From Conexivisphaerales archaeon (GTDB lineage Archaea; Thermoproteota; Nitrososphaeria; Conexivisphaerales; DTJL01): a stretch of 64,000 bases of DNA. Numbering within the stretch: the stretch's first letter is position 1; each line of letters opens with the position of its first letter. The translations under genes were made by a program, and so were the position numbers. Below the pieces are notes generated by a model. It was given only the letters and a program-made list of their open reading frames with translations, was not told the origin of the DNA and ran no database searches. Shown piece by piece: positions 8,993 to 18,924 of this stretch. The stretch spans positions 1 through 64,000 of the forward strand of contig JBEKZX010000001.1 in assembly GCA_049509455.1 (NCBI GenBank), written 5' to 3'.

Positions 8993-9814
8993 ATGGGCGA
9001 GGAGAAGCGGGGCGAAGGGCCGAAGAGCATCTGGCCCCTCCTTTCGGCGCTCGCCCTCGCCTGTCTAGGAACAGCGCTAGCGTACTTCGGTTACGTTCTG
9101 GGGCCAGTCTCTCTGAACATCAACGAGCTCCTGGGTTCGGCCATCTTCTGGTACGCCGCCGTCTTTCTCCTGCTCACGGTCCCATTTCGCGAAGCGGCCC
9201 GGATATTCTCAAAGTACATCCGCACATCTTTCGGGATAGCGGTCTTCGCGTTTTATATGGCGATCCACCTCGTCCTCTACGGCTTCCTGTTTGAGGCGAT
9301 CCTGGCCTCCATCTACAGCGCCGGCCCCTTTGTGGCGACTCCTGGCTTCTTCGTCACTACCAACGTCTTCCTCCCGCCGTCTTTGGCGAGCACAATCTTC
9401 GACATCGCGTATAATCCGTCAATCGTGATGATTGCACCGCCGGTGTTCACCATGGTGCTGAGCTTCTACAACATCTCGGCTGCGCTGATCATCTCCGTTC
9501 TCGTCCTGGCCAACATAAGCAAGACGAAGGAGCTCGGCGAACTCTGCACGGCAAGAAGGAAGGCCCGGACCTTCGTGGTGCTTCCCGCCCTCGGCATAGT
9601 GTTTGGTGCTTCCTGCTGCCTTTCCGTAGCCGGGCTCATGAGCCTGACCCCACCGGCAGCCGCGGTGTTGGCGTCCGCCGCCTGGATTTACTATGGCACG
9701 TACTTCTTCTTTCCCTCCGTTGCTGCGGTCCTGCTCTACCTGAACCTGCGCTCCGTGGAGAGGATTTCGGCCGGCCTCAGGTCTCCCCAAGCCGACCCCG
9801 ACTCCACGCTATGA
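8993..9814 (+). CDS. Uncharacterised multi-pass membrane protein with vicinal Cys (GASCCLS), 273 aa
   Basis: About 6-7 hydrophobic segments; BRE/TATA-like CGAAAAG-GCTTAAT about 28 nt before the ATG at 8993. Confidence 0.85.
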   Translation: MGEEKRGEGPKSIWPLLSALALACLGTALAYFGYVLGPVSLNINELLGSAIFWYAAVFLLLTVPFREAARIFSKYIRTSFGIAVFAFYMAIHLVLYGFLFEAILASIYSAGPFVATPGFFVTTNVFLPPSLASTIFDIAYNPSIVMIAPPVFTMVLSFYNISAALIISVLVLANISKTKELGELCTARRKARTFVVLPALGIVFGASCCLSVAGLMSLTPPAAAVLASAAWIYYGTYFFFPSVAAVLLYLNLRSVERISAGLRSPQADPDSTL

Positions 9815-9824
9815 AGCCGCTCCG

Positions 9825-11903
9825 CTAGGTCCGGGAGTCGTGAGACTCGCCCTTCAGCGTCATGCTAAGGGGGACGCCGCCCTTGTCGCCCGCGCTGACC
9901 ATGGGAACCGGACTTCGGCCGGGGAGCTTCTCCCTTAGCCAGCGCCTGACGTCGTAGAAGTAGATGTTCTCGTACGGGCACGCCGAGACACAGTCTCCGA
10001 CGCCGATGCACTTGGAGCTCTTGAGCTCACCAATAGCTATGAACGAACCAGGCTGGTCGGTGATGCCGACTGGGCAGACCTTTGCGCAGTCCTTCGTCTT
10101 GCACGACCAGCATACGTCGCCGTCCATCACCTTCAGCTTGAAGAATCCGAGCCTCGACGCGAAATGGTTGAATGATCCCCAGCCGCACATTCCCGTGGTC
10201 GCGCAGGCGTAGGTTCCAACGAACGGTATCATTATCCAGACTACGTACCAGAGGAAGCTGAAGTAGAAGCTGTACAGGAAATAGCTCGGGTCGGTCCCGA
10301 AGATCGAGAAGTCCAGGACCCCGATGGAGGTCAGGTAGGACAGGACCGCGCCGGCCAGAAGCGAGACCCACACGACCGAGACCACGACCTTGTAGATGGA
10401 AGAGATTCTACTCGTCAGGAACTTCCTCCCCAGCGTTGAAGTCCGGTTGAATGAACTCATCGAGTCGATTGTCGTGCCTTGGTACATTAAGGCAGCAGAA
10501 CAGAACAAGGAGCAGACGTTCCTGCTCCCGAACAGGAAGGAGAGTGTTCCGCTAATAAGGTAGGTGGCAAGCAACGCCAGTATGACCCCGGGCGCGAGCG
10601 CGCCTGCGGTCCCTACGCCCATGCTCCACCCGATCCAAGGTATCCGGGGAAGCGACGGCGAAAAAACGAAGACCGGCAGGAATACTGTGTACAGGGCATA
10701 GGCGACTATCACCAAGGCGAGCCTGATCTTCGTCTCGAGCTCCCTAGCGTCCTTGATCTTGAAGAGGACCAAGGCGCCCATCTCGACGCCCATCATTATC
10801 AGGTACCAAGGCGACGCAGTTATGCTCGCGAAGAATTTGAGCAAGTCGCAGGACGCCGCGGCCAGCGCGCTCAAGGGCGGCCCGCCGACCGATGCCAGCG
10901 GCAGGCTCGTGAAATATGAGGTGCCGTACGCGTAGATGTCTATGGCACCGCCCATGAAGAACTCCGCGACGAACAGCAGTCCGAGAAAGGCGAAGACCCA
11001 GAAGGGCATGGAATGCCAGCCCCTGACCTGCGGAGAGCTGAGCTTCTTCTCCTCGAAGACGATGTAGAAGTAAACGACCATTTCCACGAGCAGCGAAAGG
11101 ACGAAGAGGGAGGCGTCCGCGTCTAGGAGCCAAACGAAGAGCCCGGCCATCATCAGGGCGTAGGCGAGCATTAGGCTTACCAGGTAGTTCAGGGTGCCCT
11201 GGCTCATCGTCCGGTTCTTGTACAGGAACTCGAAGATGTAGATGAACAGAAAGATCATGACCAGGCTCCCAGCCAGGAGGGAGAAGTTCGCCCAGTCCGG
11301 ATTGCTGACCGCGGTTGGGGAGAGGCACATCACGGCCACCTGGGCGGCCACTATCCAGCCGATGCCCCCCGGCAACCCCTTCCGCATCATGAAGAGCGTT
11401 ATCGCCATCTCGGACGCCATAGTGAAGATGAACCAGTAGGAGCTTGACGCTACTACGATCGCCGAGTAGATCGCCTGGAAGCCGCCCGCTGCCGGGACGG
11501 CCCCTCCCGCTAATGCGAACGTCCAGCCCATGAACACCTCGGACAGAATCACGAGGGCGATTGCGGAAGCCACGACGAGCGTCCTCGCCGGGATGGGACT
11601 TCCCTTGAGAGTCTCCTCGAGGGGCTTATCTCCAGAGGGCAGCACCATGAGGACGGGAATCAGGAAGATGCTCATGGTCACCATGTTGAAGATTACGAGA
11701 ACGAACAGGGTCGTGAATCCGGCATAGTAGAAATAGACGACCGTGCTGATGAACATGGTCACCATCATCGACAGCAGGAAGAACAGTATGGTGGCGTCGT
11801 TCAGGGTCTTCATGGAGGACCCCTCCTTCAGCAGCCACGCCGTGAAGGCGGCCATTAGTCCGGCGATCAACCAGAGGAGGATTAGTTCCATTCTTCGCAG
11901 CAC
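9825..11903 (-). CDS. Large polytopic membrane polyferredoxin (NapH/MauN-like C-terminus; FoxG-like architecture)
   Basis: Many TM helices, then CSLFC and CATTGMC, and ferredoxin motifs CWSCKTKDCAKVCP and CIGVGDCVSACP. Confidence 0.88.
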   Translation of the reverse strand: MLRRMELILLWLIAGLMAAFTAWLLKEGSSMKTLNDATILFFLLSMMVTMFISTVVYFYYAGFTTLFVLVIFNMVTMSIFLIPVLMVLPSGDKPLEETLKGSPIPARTLVVASAIALVILSEVFMGWTFALAGGAVPAAGGFQAIYSAIVVASSSYWFIFTMASEMAITLFMMRKGLPGGIGWIVAAQVAVMCLSPTAVSNPDWANFSLLAGSLVMIFLFIYIFEFLYKNRTMSQGTLNYLVSLMLAYALMMAGLFVWLLDADASLFVLSLLVEMVVYFYIVFEEKKLSSPQVRGWHSMPFWVFAFLGLLFVAEFFMGGAIDIYAYGTSYFTSLPLASVGGPPLSALAAASCDLLKFFASITASPWYLIMMGVEMGALVLFKIKDARELETKIRLALVIVAYALYTVFLPVFVFSPSLPRIPWIGWSMGVGTAGALAPGVILALLATYLISGTLSFLFGSRNVCSLFCSAALMYQGTTIDSMSSFNRTSTLGRKFLTSRISSIYKVVVSVVWVSLLAGAVLSYLTSIGVLDFSIFGTDPSYFLYSFYFSFLWYVVWIMIPFVGTYACATTGMCGWGSFNHFASRLGFFKLKVMDGDVCWSCKTKDCAKVCPVGITDQPGSFIAIGELKSSKCIGVGDCVSACPYENIYFYDVRRWLREKLPGRSPVPMVSAGDKGGVPLSMTLKGESHDSRT

Positions 11904-12373
11904 TCACCGGAGGTCCCTGTGACCTCGGTCGTGTCGTAACGATGGTCTTCGTGGCATATTAAAGTACTCAGCTGTCTTGCTTGCATCCCTAAGCGCATAG
12001 TTTGCATACATCGACCTCGAATCGGGCATGAAGGCCGCGACATTTGACCCGATCGGAATCTCGCCGGCCCCATCTCACCAAATTAGCGACAGGAAGGAGG
12101 AGCAGGAAAAAAGATTCAGCATTTAGAGGCCTACGCCACTAGATCTTGAGTTTAGGCTTTCTAGCTAAACTGCCCCCTTATGCCGCCTACCTTAGCAGGT
12201 TTTGGCCTGGCTCAGGAACCTCCGCGGTCAACAACAGGATGATGTTGATTGTTTTGCAGTTCTGTTTGGACCTATGCTACTTGCGTTTAACTGGGAACAC
12301 CAGCGGGAGCACCCCCACCAATAGCTGGCGATATGTTTATAACTATATCAAACGATATAGCAGTTGATAGAAT

Positions 12374-12898
12374 TTGAGCGGAGAAGGACGAGATCCAAGA
12401 CGCGGATACTGGGACGAGCCGAGTTATCGCGTTGCGGCCTGGGGTCACCACAGGCCCATGTTCGGAATGAGGAGAGGCGATTTCAGGTTTCTCGTATTGA
12501 CGGCCCTTTCTGAGAAACCGATGCATGGCTACGCGCTAATACAGGAATTGGGAAGGACGTACCAGCGGCCTGTGAGCGCCGGGCTGGTCTACCCGACACT
12601 CCAAGAGCTGGAGGACAGGGGCTACGTGACGGCTGAGGAGAAGGAGGGAAAGAGGACGTATTCCGTCACCGAGGAAGGAAAGAAGTGTCTTGAAGAGAAC
12701 AAGGAGACCGTCGAGAGGCTGAAAGCCGGCAGAGAGTATGCAGACAAGATGGGCCGCTTCGGATTCCTAAAGGACCTCAGGGAGGTTCAGGCACTAGTGA
12801 TGATGAATGACGAATATGTCGACGAGAAGAAGATGGAGAGAATTCAGGATATACTCAGCGACGCCAAGAAGAAGATTGCGGCCGTGGTCTACGAATAG
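12374..12898 (+). CDS. PadR family transcriptional regulator
   Basis: LVLTALSEKPMHGYALIQEL, GLVYPTLQELEDRGYV, GKRTYSVTEEG. Confidence 0.95.
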   Translation: MSGEGRDPRRGYWDEPSYRVAAWGHHRPMFGMRRGDFRFLVLTALSEKPMHGYALIQELGRTYQRPVSAGLVYPTLQELEDRGYVTAEEKEGKRTYSVTEEGKKCLEENKETVERLKAGREYADKMGRFGFLKDLREVQALVMMNDEYVDEKKMERIQDILSDAKKKIAAVVYE

Positions 12899-12910
12899 GA
12901 AGTTTACGGC

Positions 12911-13342
12911 TTGGCCCAGCCAGGTGACGACGACATCGAATTCCTCATCGACCGAAGGAGGAAAGAATGGGAGCTGGAGGAAGCATCGCAGTCCAAGCCG
13001 GCGAGCTTTAGCGGGATCATCGAGCTCACCGACGCCAACTTCGATTCGACGCTGAAAGGCCAAAGATTGATGCTTGTGGACTTCTGGGCGCCCTGGTGCG
13101 GCCCTTGCCGATGGGTGTCGCCCATTTTGGAGCAGATCGCGCAGGAAAACGCGGGCAAGCTGGTGCTGGGGAAGCTCAACGTGGACGAGAACCCCCTGAC
13201 CTCCCAGTGCTTAGGTATAGAAGGTATCCCTACCGTCATGATCGCTCAGAACGGGAAGATAGTCGACCAAATAGTGGGCGCATTGCCGAAGGAAGACCTC
13301 GACCAGGTAACTCTCCCGTACCAAGCGAGCGGCAGCGCGTAG
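12911..13342 (+). CDS. trxA: Thioredoxin with N-terminal extension
   Basis: VDFWAPWCGPC active site; GIPT cis-Pro loop. Confidence 0.95.
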   Translation: MAQPGDDDIEFLIDRRRKEWELEEASQSKPASFSGIIELTDANFDSTLKGQRLMLVDFWAPWCGPCRWVSPILEQIAQENAGKLVLGKLNVDENPLTSQCLGIEGIPTVMIAQNGKIVDQIVGALPKEDLDQVTLPYQASGSA

Positions 13343-13735
13343 GTGAATGCCTTGAAAGTAGGGGTCGTGACCGACGACGGCCAGACTATATCCCCTCACT
13401 TCGGAAGGGCCCAGTACTATCTGGTCTACGACGTCGTCGACGGCGCAATCAAAGGGAAGGAGACAAGGCCCAAAGCATCACGCCACCAGCTTGGTATGGA
13501 GCCACATGCTGAAGGGCATCATCACGGGCAAGAGGAAGCTTCGCTTCACACCAACATGCTCTCCAACGTCAGAGACTGCGAGGCTCTCATCGCGAGGGGC
13601 ATGGGCTGGGGCATGTACGAAGCGATCAAGGAGGCGGGCTTGAAGCCATTTCTCACGGAGATAGTCTTTGCTGATGAGGCTGTAGAGGCGTATGTCAAAG
13701 GAAGCCTCGACGACCACGTAGAAAGACTTCATTGA
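13343..13735 (+). CDS. NifB/NifX-family (dinitrogenase Fe-Mo cofactor biosynthesis-like) protein with His-rich insert
   Basis: ISPHFGRAQYYLVYDV, CEALIARGMG, HAEGHHHG. Confidence 0.88.
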   Translation: MNALKVGVVTDDGQTISPHFGRAQYYLVYDVVDGAIKGKETRPKASRHQLGMEPHAEGHHHGQEEASLHTNMLSNVRDCEALIARGMGWGMYEAIKEAGLKPFLTEIVFADEAVEAYVKGSLDDHVERLH

Positions 13736-14062
13736 TGCAGTAGTGGAGGCTCTCCGACCTCTTAAGCCCTAGGAGTCGCAGCAGTGTCCCCTCGGTCGAG
13801 CGAAAGTGTGGTAATTGAAACGAGTATACTAACAATACAAGTCCTGTAAAGCTGTCTAAAGTTGCACTGATGAAGACTCGCATTATTCCCAAGGTCTTAC
13901 GTAAAATTTGAAGAGGTCAGTATCCTGAAGGTCCCCTGCGTTACCATATGGTAGAACACGGAGAGGTAGCGGACGAATAAATCCAAGGCCGATGGACCCC
14001 CTGACCAAAGGACAAGGGGCTGCTAATATACCCGACATCGCCCATCATCACCATGCCCGCCC

Positions 14063-14761
14063 TTGACAGCCAAGATAGCTGAAGAGACATCTCTCAGGGA
14101 ACGGACGTTCGTGTTCGGAGACAGGACGGACGGCGGCATGCTTCTGTCGAAGAAACTGCGGCAATACGCAGCGCGCAGCGACGCCCTTGTCCTGGCCGCC
14201 GCGGCGGGTGGCGTTCCCGTAGGCCATGTCGTGGCGACGGAGCTCGACATCCCAATGGAGGTAATCGTGATCAGGAAGATTCAGTTGCCATGGGATACCG
14301 AATCGGGGTTCGGTGCCATGTCGTTCGACGGCGACATCATCCTCAATCTGCATCTGGTCAGACGCCTGGGACTTTCGGAGAAGACGATGAAGGAATGCAT
14401 TTCAAAGACGAGGAACATCATCCAGGAAAGGCTCAGCAAGTATAGGGGAGGTCGGCCCCTCCCCGAACTCAAAGATAAGGTGGTCATAATAGTCGACGAT
14501 GGTCTGGCCTCAGGCTACACAATGCTGGCGGCGGCGAGGTCCGTGAGGAAGGGCATGCCCAGACGACTGGTGATTGCTGCGCCGACGGGCTCCTCGGCCG
14601 CCATAGAGCTGCTTGCGTCTGAGGTAGACGAGATAGTGTGCTTGAACATAAGGAGCGGGCCGTTCTTCGCAGTCGCCGACGCCTACAGTAACTGGTATGA
14701 CCTGACAGACGACGATGTACTGGAAATCCTCAAAAGGCCTCGTCCGCCGCGGCAACCATGA
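14063..14761 (+). CDS. Putative phosphoribosyltransferase
   Basis: FGDRTDGG, GGVPVG, RKI..P..E..GFGA, IIVDDGLASGYTM. Confidence 0.92.
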   Translation: MTAKIAEETSLRERTFVFGDRTDGGMLLSKKLRQYAARSDALVLAAAAGGVPVGHVVATELDIPMEVIVIRKIQLPWDTESGFGAMSFDGDIILNLHLVRRLGLSEKTMKECISKTRNIIQERLSKYRGGRPLPELKDKVVIIVDDGLASGYTMLAAARSVRKGMPRRLVIAAPTGSSAAIELLASEVDEIVCLNIRSGPFFAVADAYSNWYDLTDDDVLEILKRPRPPRQP

Positions 14762-14906
14762 ACAGCGTCGTAGGATTTCTAGCAACCGTCCGGCCAGTCT
14801 GAGCATCTCCTCAAGGTCCAAGTACAGCAGAACCTGCGCCTGACCGACCCTCTGCTCATTCCAGCCCTCGCCTAGTAGAAGAATTAATTATGGAGGGCAT
14901 CGAATT

Positions 14907-15707
14907 ATGATACCTATGTCGCTGGACGTAAGGGGCCTCACCGTAGAAGTCGAGGGCAAGAGGGTCCTCGACGACCTGTCGCTATCGATAGGCTTCGGAG
15001 AGACGGTCTTGCTGATGGGACCTAACGGCTCCGGGAAGTCGTCCTTGATCCTTTCTATACTGGGCCACCCGAACTACAAGGTAAAGAGCGGAATCATCCG
15101 TTTCAATGGAAAAGACATAACTTCGATGCCGACAGAGGAAAGGGCGCTTCTTGGCCTGGGCGTATCCTTCCAGTTCCCACCCAAGATAAGAGGCGTCACG
15201 TTACGAAGCCTGGCGAAAAGGCTCCAGCGTGGGCAGGTCGATGAGGCAAACGTGGAGAAAGCTGCTTCCCTCCTGAGCCTCGACGGCTTCCTCGACAGGG
15301 ACATCCACGTCGGCTTCAGTGGTGGTGAGATAAAGCGGGCGGAGCTCTTCTTCCTCTTGCTCCAGAGGCCCACCCTCTCGTTGATAGATGAGCCAGATTC
15401 GGGCGTGGACGTGGAGAACATGGTCACGGTGGGCGGAGCCATAAACGAACTCATAGGCGCCGGTCCTGGAGACGCGCGCGAAAGACCTTCGGCGTTGATC
15501 GTAACGCATACGGGACACATATCAAGATACGTATTGGCCCAGAGGACGTACTTGATGCAAAGCGGAAAGATGATCTGCTACGGAGAAACGGAGAGCCTGG
15601 TGAACGACGTCTTGAAGCACGGCTTCGACTGGTGCGCCCAGTGCTACGGAAGACGGCAGCCGGTGGTCGGAGAGCCTGCCAAGGAAGGAGGAGCGGACCT
15701 GGGATGA
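14907..15707 (+). CDS. sufC: Fe-S assembly ABC ATPase SufC/SmsC
   Basis: GPNGSGKS, HVGFSGGEIKR, DEPDSGVD; C-terminal CAQC. Confidence 0.92.
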   Translation: MIPMSLDVRGLTVEVEGKRVLDDLSLSIGFGETVLLMGPNGSGKSSLILSILGHPNYKVKSGIIRFNGKDITSMPTEERALLGLGVSFQFPPKIRGVTLRSLAKRLQRGQVDEANVEKAASLLSLDGFLDRDIHVGFSGGEIKRAELFFLLLQRPTLSLIDEPDSGVDVENMVTVGGAINELIGAGPGDARERPSALIVTHTGHISRYVLAQRTYLMQSGKMICYGETESLVNDVLKHGFDWCAQCYGRRQPVVGEPAKEGGADLG

Positions 15708-16939
15708 GCGAGCTCAGCCGGATAGACGAACTGGATATGCAGGCCAAGAGGTCATCGACGGTGGAGCCCGCGTACGGCTCCTACGTCGACGTACGGAAAT
15801 ACGTGGGCCCGACTGAGGCCTCTGAGAAGATTGACAGGATGGAAGACCTGCCCGATGGCACGCTGAGGCAGTTGAACAACATCGGAATCGACTCCAATGA
15901 GCAGTCCAAGGCGGGGACGTACGTCCAGTTCGATAATTCGGTCGTATACAGGAAGAGGCTCTATCCGAATCTCGAACTCCTCACCTTGGAGGAGGCGCTG
16001 CAGGACGAGCATTTCGTCCAAGACTACTACTGGAAACTGATCGATGTGGGACAGGACAAGTTCACGGCGTCAGCTAAGCTCTTCGGCAAGGCGGGCTACG
16101 TCATACTTACGAAGCCGGGGCAGGTGGTGGAGCTCCCTGTGCAGACGTGCCTCTTCATCAGATCCCCCATGTCCTTCCAGGCCCCCCACAACGTGGTGGT
16201 GGCGGAGGAGGGGTCGACCGTTCATGTCGTGACCGGCTGCGGGATAGTACCCGAGGCGGTGGGTCTACACGTCGGGATAACTGAGTTCTACGTCAAGAAG
16301 GGGGCGACGGTCACCTTCACGATGATACATGACTGGGCCCCTACGACGAACGTCCGTCCTAGGACGGCCGCCGTGGTCGAAGACGGGGGCGTCTTCATAA
16401 GCAGCTACATCAACTTGAGCTCCAATGGTCTGGCCAGCATCCAGATGTACCCTTCGGTGCATCTCAAAGGGGATAGGGCGAGGGCCTTTCTGTCGTCGCT
16501 CGTCGTGGGGAAGGCCTCCGCCGACATAGACCTGGGCTCTTCAGTGCTGATGACGGGTAAGGAATCGAAGGCCGAGATCATCTCCAAGTGCATTTCGAAG
16601 GACCACTCCAGGATCGTGGCAAGGGCCAGGATCCATGCCAGGTCCAGCGGCAGCAAGGGCCACATAGAATGCCGTGGGCTGATGCTGAGCGATACCTCTA
16701 GGATAACGGCGGTCCCGGAGCTCGACTCCACGGCAAGCGATGTCGAGTTGACGCATGAGGCAGCGGTAGGGAAGCTGGCCGAAGAAGAGATCTTCTACCT
16801 GATGTCAAAGGGCCTGAGGAGGGACGAGGCCGTGTCAGTGCTAGTCAGGGGCTTCCTAGAAGTCAAGGTGCCTGGCTTGCCGTCTTTCCTCGAACGGCAG
16901 ATAAAGTACGCCGCCGATCAGAGCGTCAAGGGCCTTTGA
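15704..16939 (+). CDS. sufB: Fe-S scaffold SufB/D-family protein (SmsB)
   Basis: SufBD beta-helix motifs (HVGITEF, GHIECRGL, ELTHEAAVG); ATG at 15704 overlaps the sufC stop (ATGA). Confidence 0.92.
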   Translation: MSELSRIDELDMQAKRSSTVEPAYGSYVDVRKYVGPTEASEKIDRMEDLPDGTLRQLNNIGIDSNEQSKAGTYVQFDNSVVYRKRLYPNLELLTLEEALQDEHFVQDYYWKLIDVGQDKFTASAKLFGKAGYVILTKPGQVVELPVQTCLFIRSPMSFQAPHNVVVAEEGSTVHVVTGCGIVPEAVGLHVGITEFYVKKGATVTFTMIHDWAPTTNVRPRTAAVVEDGGVFISSYINLSSNGLASIQMYPSVHLKGDRARAFLSSLVVGKASADIDLGSSVLMTGKESKAEIISKCISKDHSRIVARARIHARSSGSKGHIECRGLMLSDTSRITAVPELDSTASDVELTHEAAVGKLAEEEIFYLMSKGLRRDEAVSVLVRGFLEVKVPGLPSFLERQIKYAADQSVKGL

Positions 16940-17316
16940 AGCTATAGATTCCATTCTTCTCGAGAATCAAGGCCAAGGCTTAGGGACTCCTGGCCGCTAT
17001 TTCATGTACTAGGCTCCTTGGATTAGGCTTGCAGATCAGTCCCGCCATCCTGTTCACCCTTGTGTCCATCTCAACCGTGCTCGACACGTTTGCCTCGACG
17101 TTGGAGACCTGTTCTTCGTCAGTAACGGGGCATACAGTTGCACCGCTTAGTAACTGCTAGCGAGGCTCGACAACTCTAATTGCTTCAGTTTAGAAAGAGT
17201 GTCGCTGCAAGGGACGCGCGATGCTCGAGGGACTCAACACAGTTACGCGTGATTCGGCAAGGAGCCCCGAGGGGGCATGAAAGGACCCGGCGCCTGACTC
17301 AAGGATGGCGAGTTTG

Positions 17317-17835
17317 CTAGCCATAGATGCCGGCCCTGAAGGGATACCTGGCCCTAAAGAGCCTGTTCACCTCCGAGGTCAGCTTCGCGTCGAGCTCCTT
17401 CTGTCCTTGAGAGATCGAGGCCAAATCGGGGTAAGCTATGATCGGCCCCGTCAGGACTCCGCGGAGGCTCTCCCCCTCCAGATCCCACGTGGGCACGGGC
17501 TTGATGCCCAGAAGGCCGTCGATGAGCCCCTGCGCCACGGGCCCGTTCTGGTGCAAAGATGAGAAGAGCTGGGCCACAATACCATGGGAGAGCGGCCTGT
17601 AACCGTAGGAGGGAACGCTGAGCGGCATGCCCTGGGCCTCGTCCGTGGAGATGTCGACTCCGACCCCCGTGACCTCGGCCGGATTGAGGGACAGCAGCTT
17701 CAACCTGTAGCCCGTCCCCGGCCCCAGCACGAGCATGTTGTCCTTAGCGTCGGCGAAGACCCTCCAGCCCCGGGGGTTCTCGTTGTACCGATTCAATATC
17801 TCCTTGAGCAACGAATCTAGAGGCTCGGCTTGCAC
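17317..17835 (-). CDS. Hypothetical protein, 172 aa
   Basis: Protein-like composition and genome-typical codon usage; no function recognised. Confidence 0.75.
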   Translation of the reverse strand: MQAEPLDSLLKEILNRYNENPRGWRVFADAKDNMLVLGPGTGYRLKLLSLNPAEVTGVGVDISTDEAQGMPLSVPSYGYRPLSHGIVAQLFSSLHQNGPVAQGLIDGLLGIKPVPTWDLEGESLRGVLTGPIIAYPDLASISQGQKELDAKLTSEVNRLFRARYPFRAGIYG

Positions 17836-18114
17836 TGGCGTCCACCTATTGACGGATTCACCTCTTAATCATCGCAGCTATTTGAGCGATTCGGCGCAGA
17901 TCAGCCCACGACACGGGAGAGGTGGCTGACGAGATGAAATCAGACACATGACCGATTCGGGTTGTCTCCTTCAAGTGATCCAGTACTTGCGAAATGCGGA
18001 GCTCGCCTTGCGCGATATGCCCGAGGCGGCGCCGGGGGAAGCTGGGCTTATCAACGAAGGGCAGGGTCGGAACCATCCATGCTTCCAAGACACAGCCATC
18101 AATCATGTGTTGCG

Positions 18115-18924
18115 TCAAGCAAGCAGGCTAGGAAGGTCCGCTATGCTGTTAACTATCGCGTCTGGAGCGAGCTCCCTAGGCGCCTTCTCGACTTCCTCCT
18201 TCCTCGTGCTCCCCGTGAGCACCAGGATAGATCTGAGGCCCGCCGCTTTGGCTGCCCTGACATCCGTATTCGGCCTGTCCCCTACCATGACCACTCTGTC
18301 CCTCTCCACGCCTAAATGTTTCAAGGCCATCTCCACGATGATGGGTGAAGGCTTCCCCACCAGCGCCGGCTCAGTGGAGGTTGCAGTGGTGAGAGCGGCC
18401 GCTATCGCCCCGGAACCCGGCTCGTATCCGCCCTGCACCGGCAGGCTGGCATCGAGATTGGTCACGATGTATCTGGTCCCGCCCTGTATGGCCCAACAAG
18501 CAGCCCTCAGCCTTCCGTACGTCAACTCGAGGTCAAGGCACGATACGACAAATTCGGCCGTCTTCGCGTCATCTTCGCTTAGAATCACCCAGCCCGCCTC
18601 GGAGAGCTCGCCTTTCAAGGCATCTCCCCCCAAGACATAGACACTATGTCTCGGTCCATACTTACCGAAAAGGTAGTCCGCGGTGGCCATCGCTGATATG
18701 AAGATATCCTGTTCTTGCGCAGCCACGCCCATTCTGACAAGTTTCTCTGCGCACTGGGCCGGAGTCTTGGTGGCGTTGTTCGTGACGAACAGTATCTCGG
18801 TTCCCTTTTCTCGTAGAGCGGAAACAGATTCGGCAGCGCTAGGGACCGCGGCGTCTCCCACACACATACAACCGTCCAAATCGATCAGGACACCCATTAC
18901 GCCTGCGAAAGCCGTTTTCGTCAT
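18115..18924 (-). CDS. HAD-IIA (NagD-like) phosphatase
   Basis: DLDG, FVTNN, GKPS and MVGDR..TD motifs; start re-called to MTKTAF (18924). Confidence 0.93.
   Translation of the reverse strand: MTKTAFAGVMGVLIDLDGCMCVGDAAVPSAAESVSALREKGTEILFVTNNATKTPAQCAEKLVRMGVAAQEQDIFISAMATADYLFGKYGPRHSVYVLGGDALKGELSEAGWVILSEDDAKTAEFVVSCLDLELTYGRLRAACWAIQGGTRYIVTNLDASLPVQGGYEPGSGAIAAALTTATSTEPALVGKPSPIIVEMALKHLGVERDRVVMVGDRPNTDVRAAKAAGLRSILVLTGSTRKEEVEKAPRELAPDAIVNSIADLPSLLA

Noticed and set aside
13868-13928. Possible C/D box sRNA (TGATGA ... TGAAGA ... CTGA)
   Set aside because: No D' box, C-to-C' spacing too long, and no target identified.
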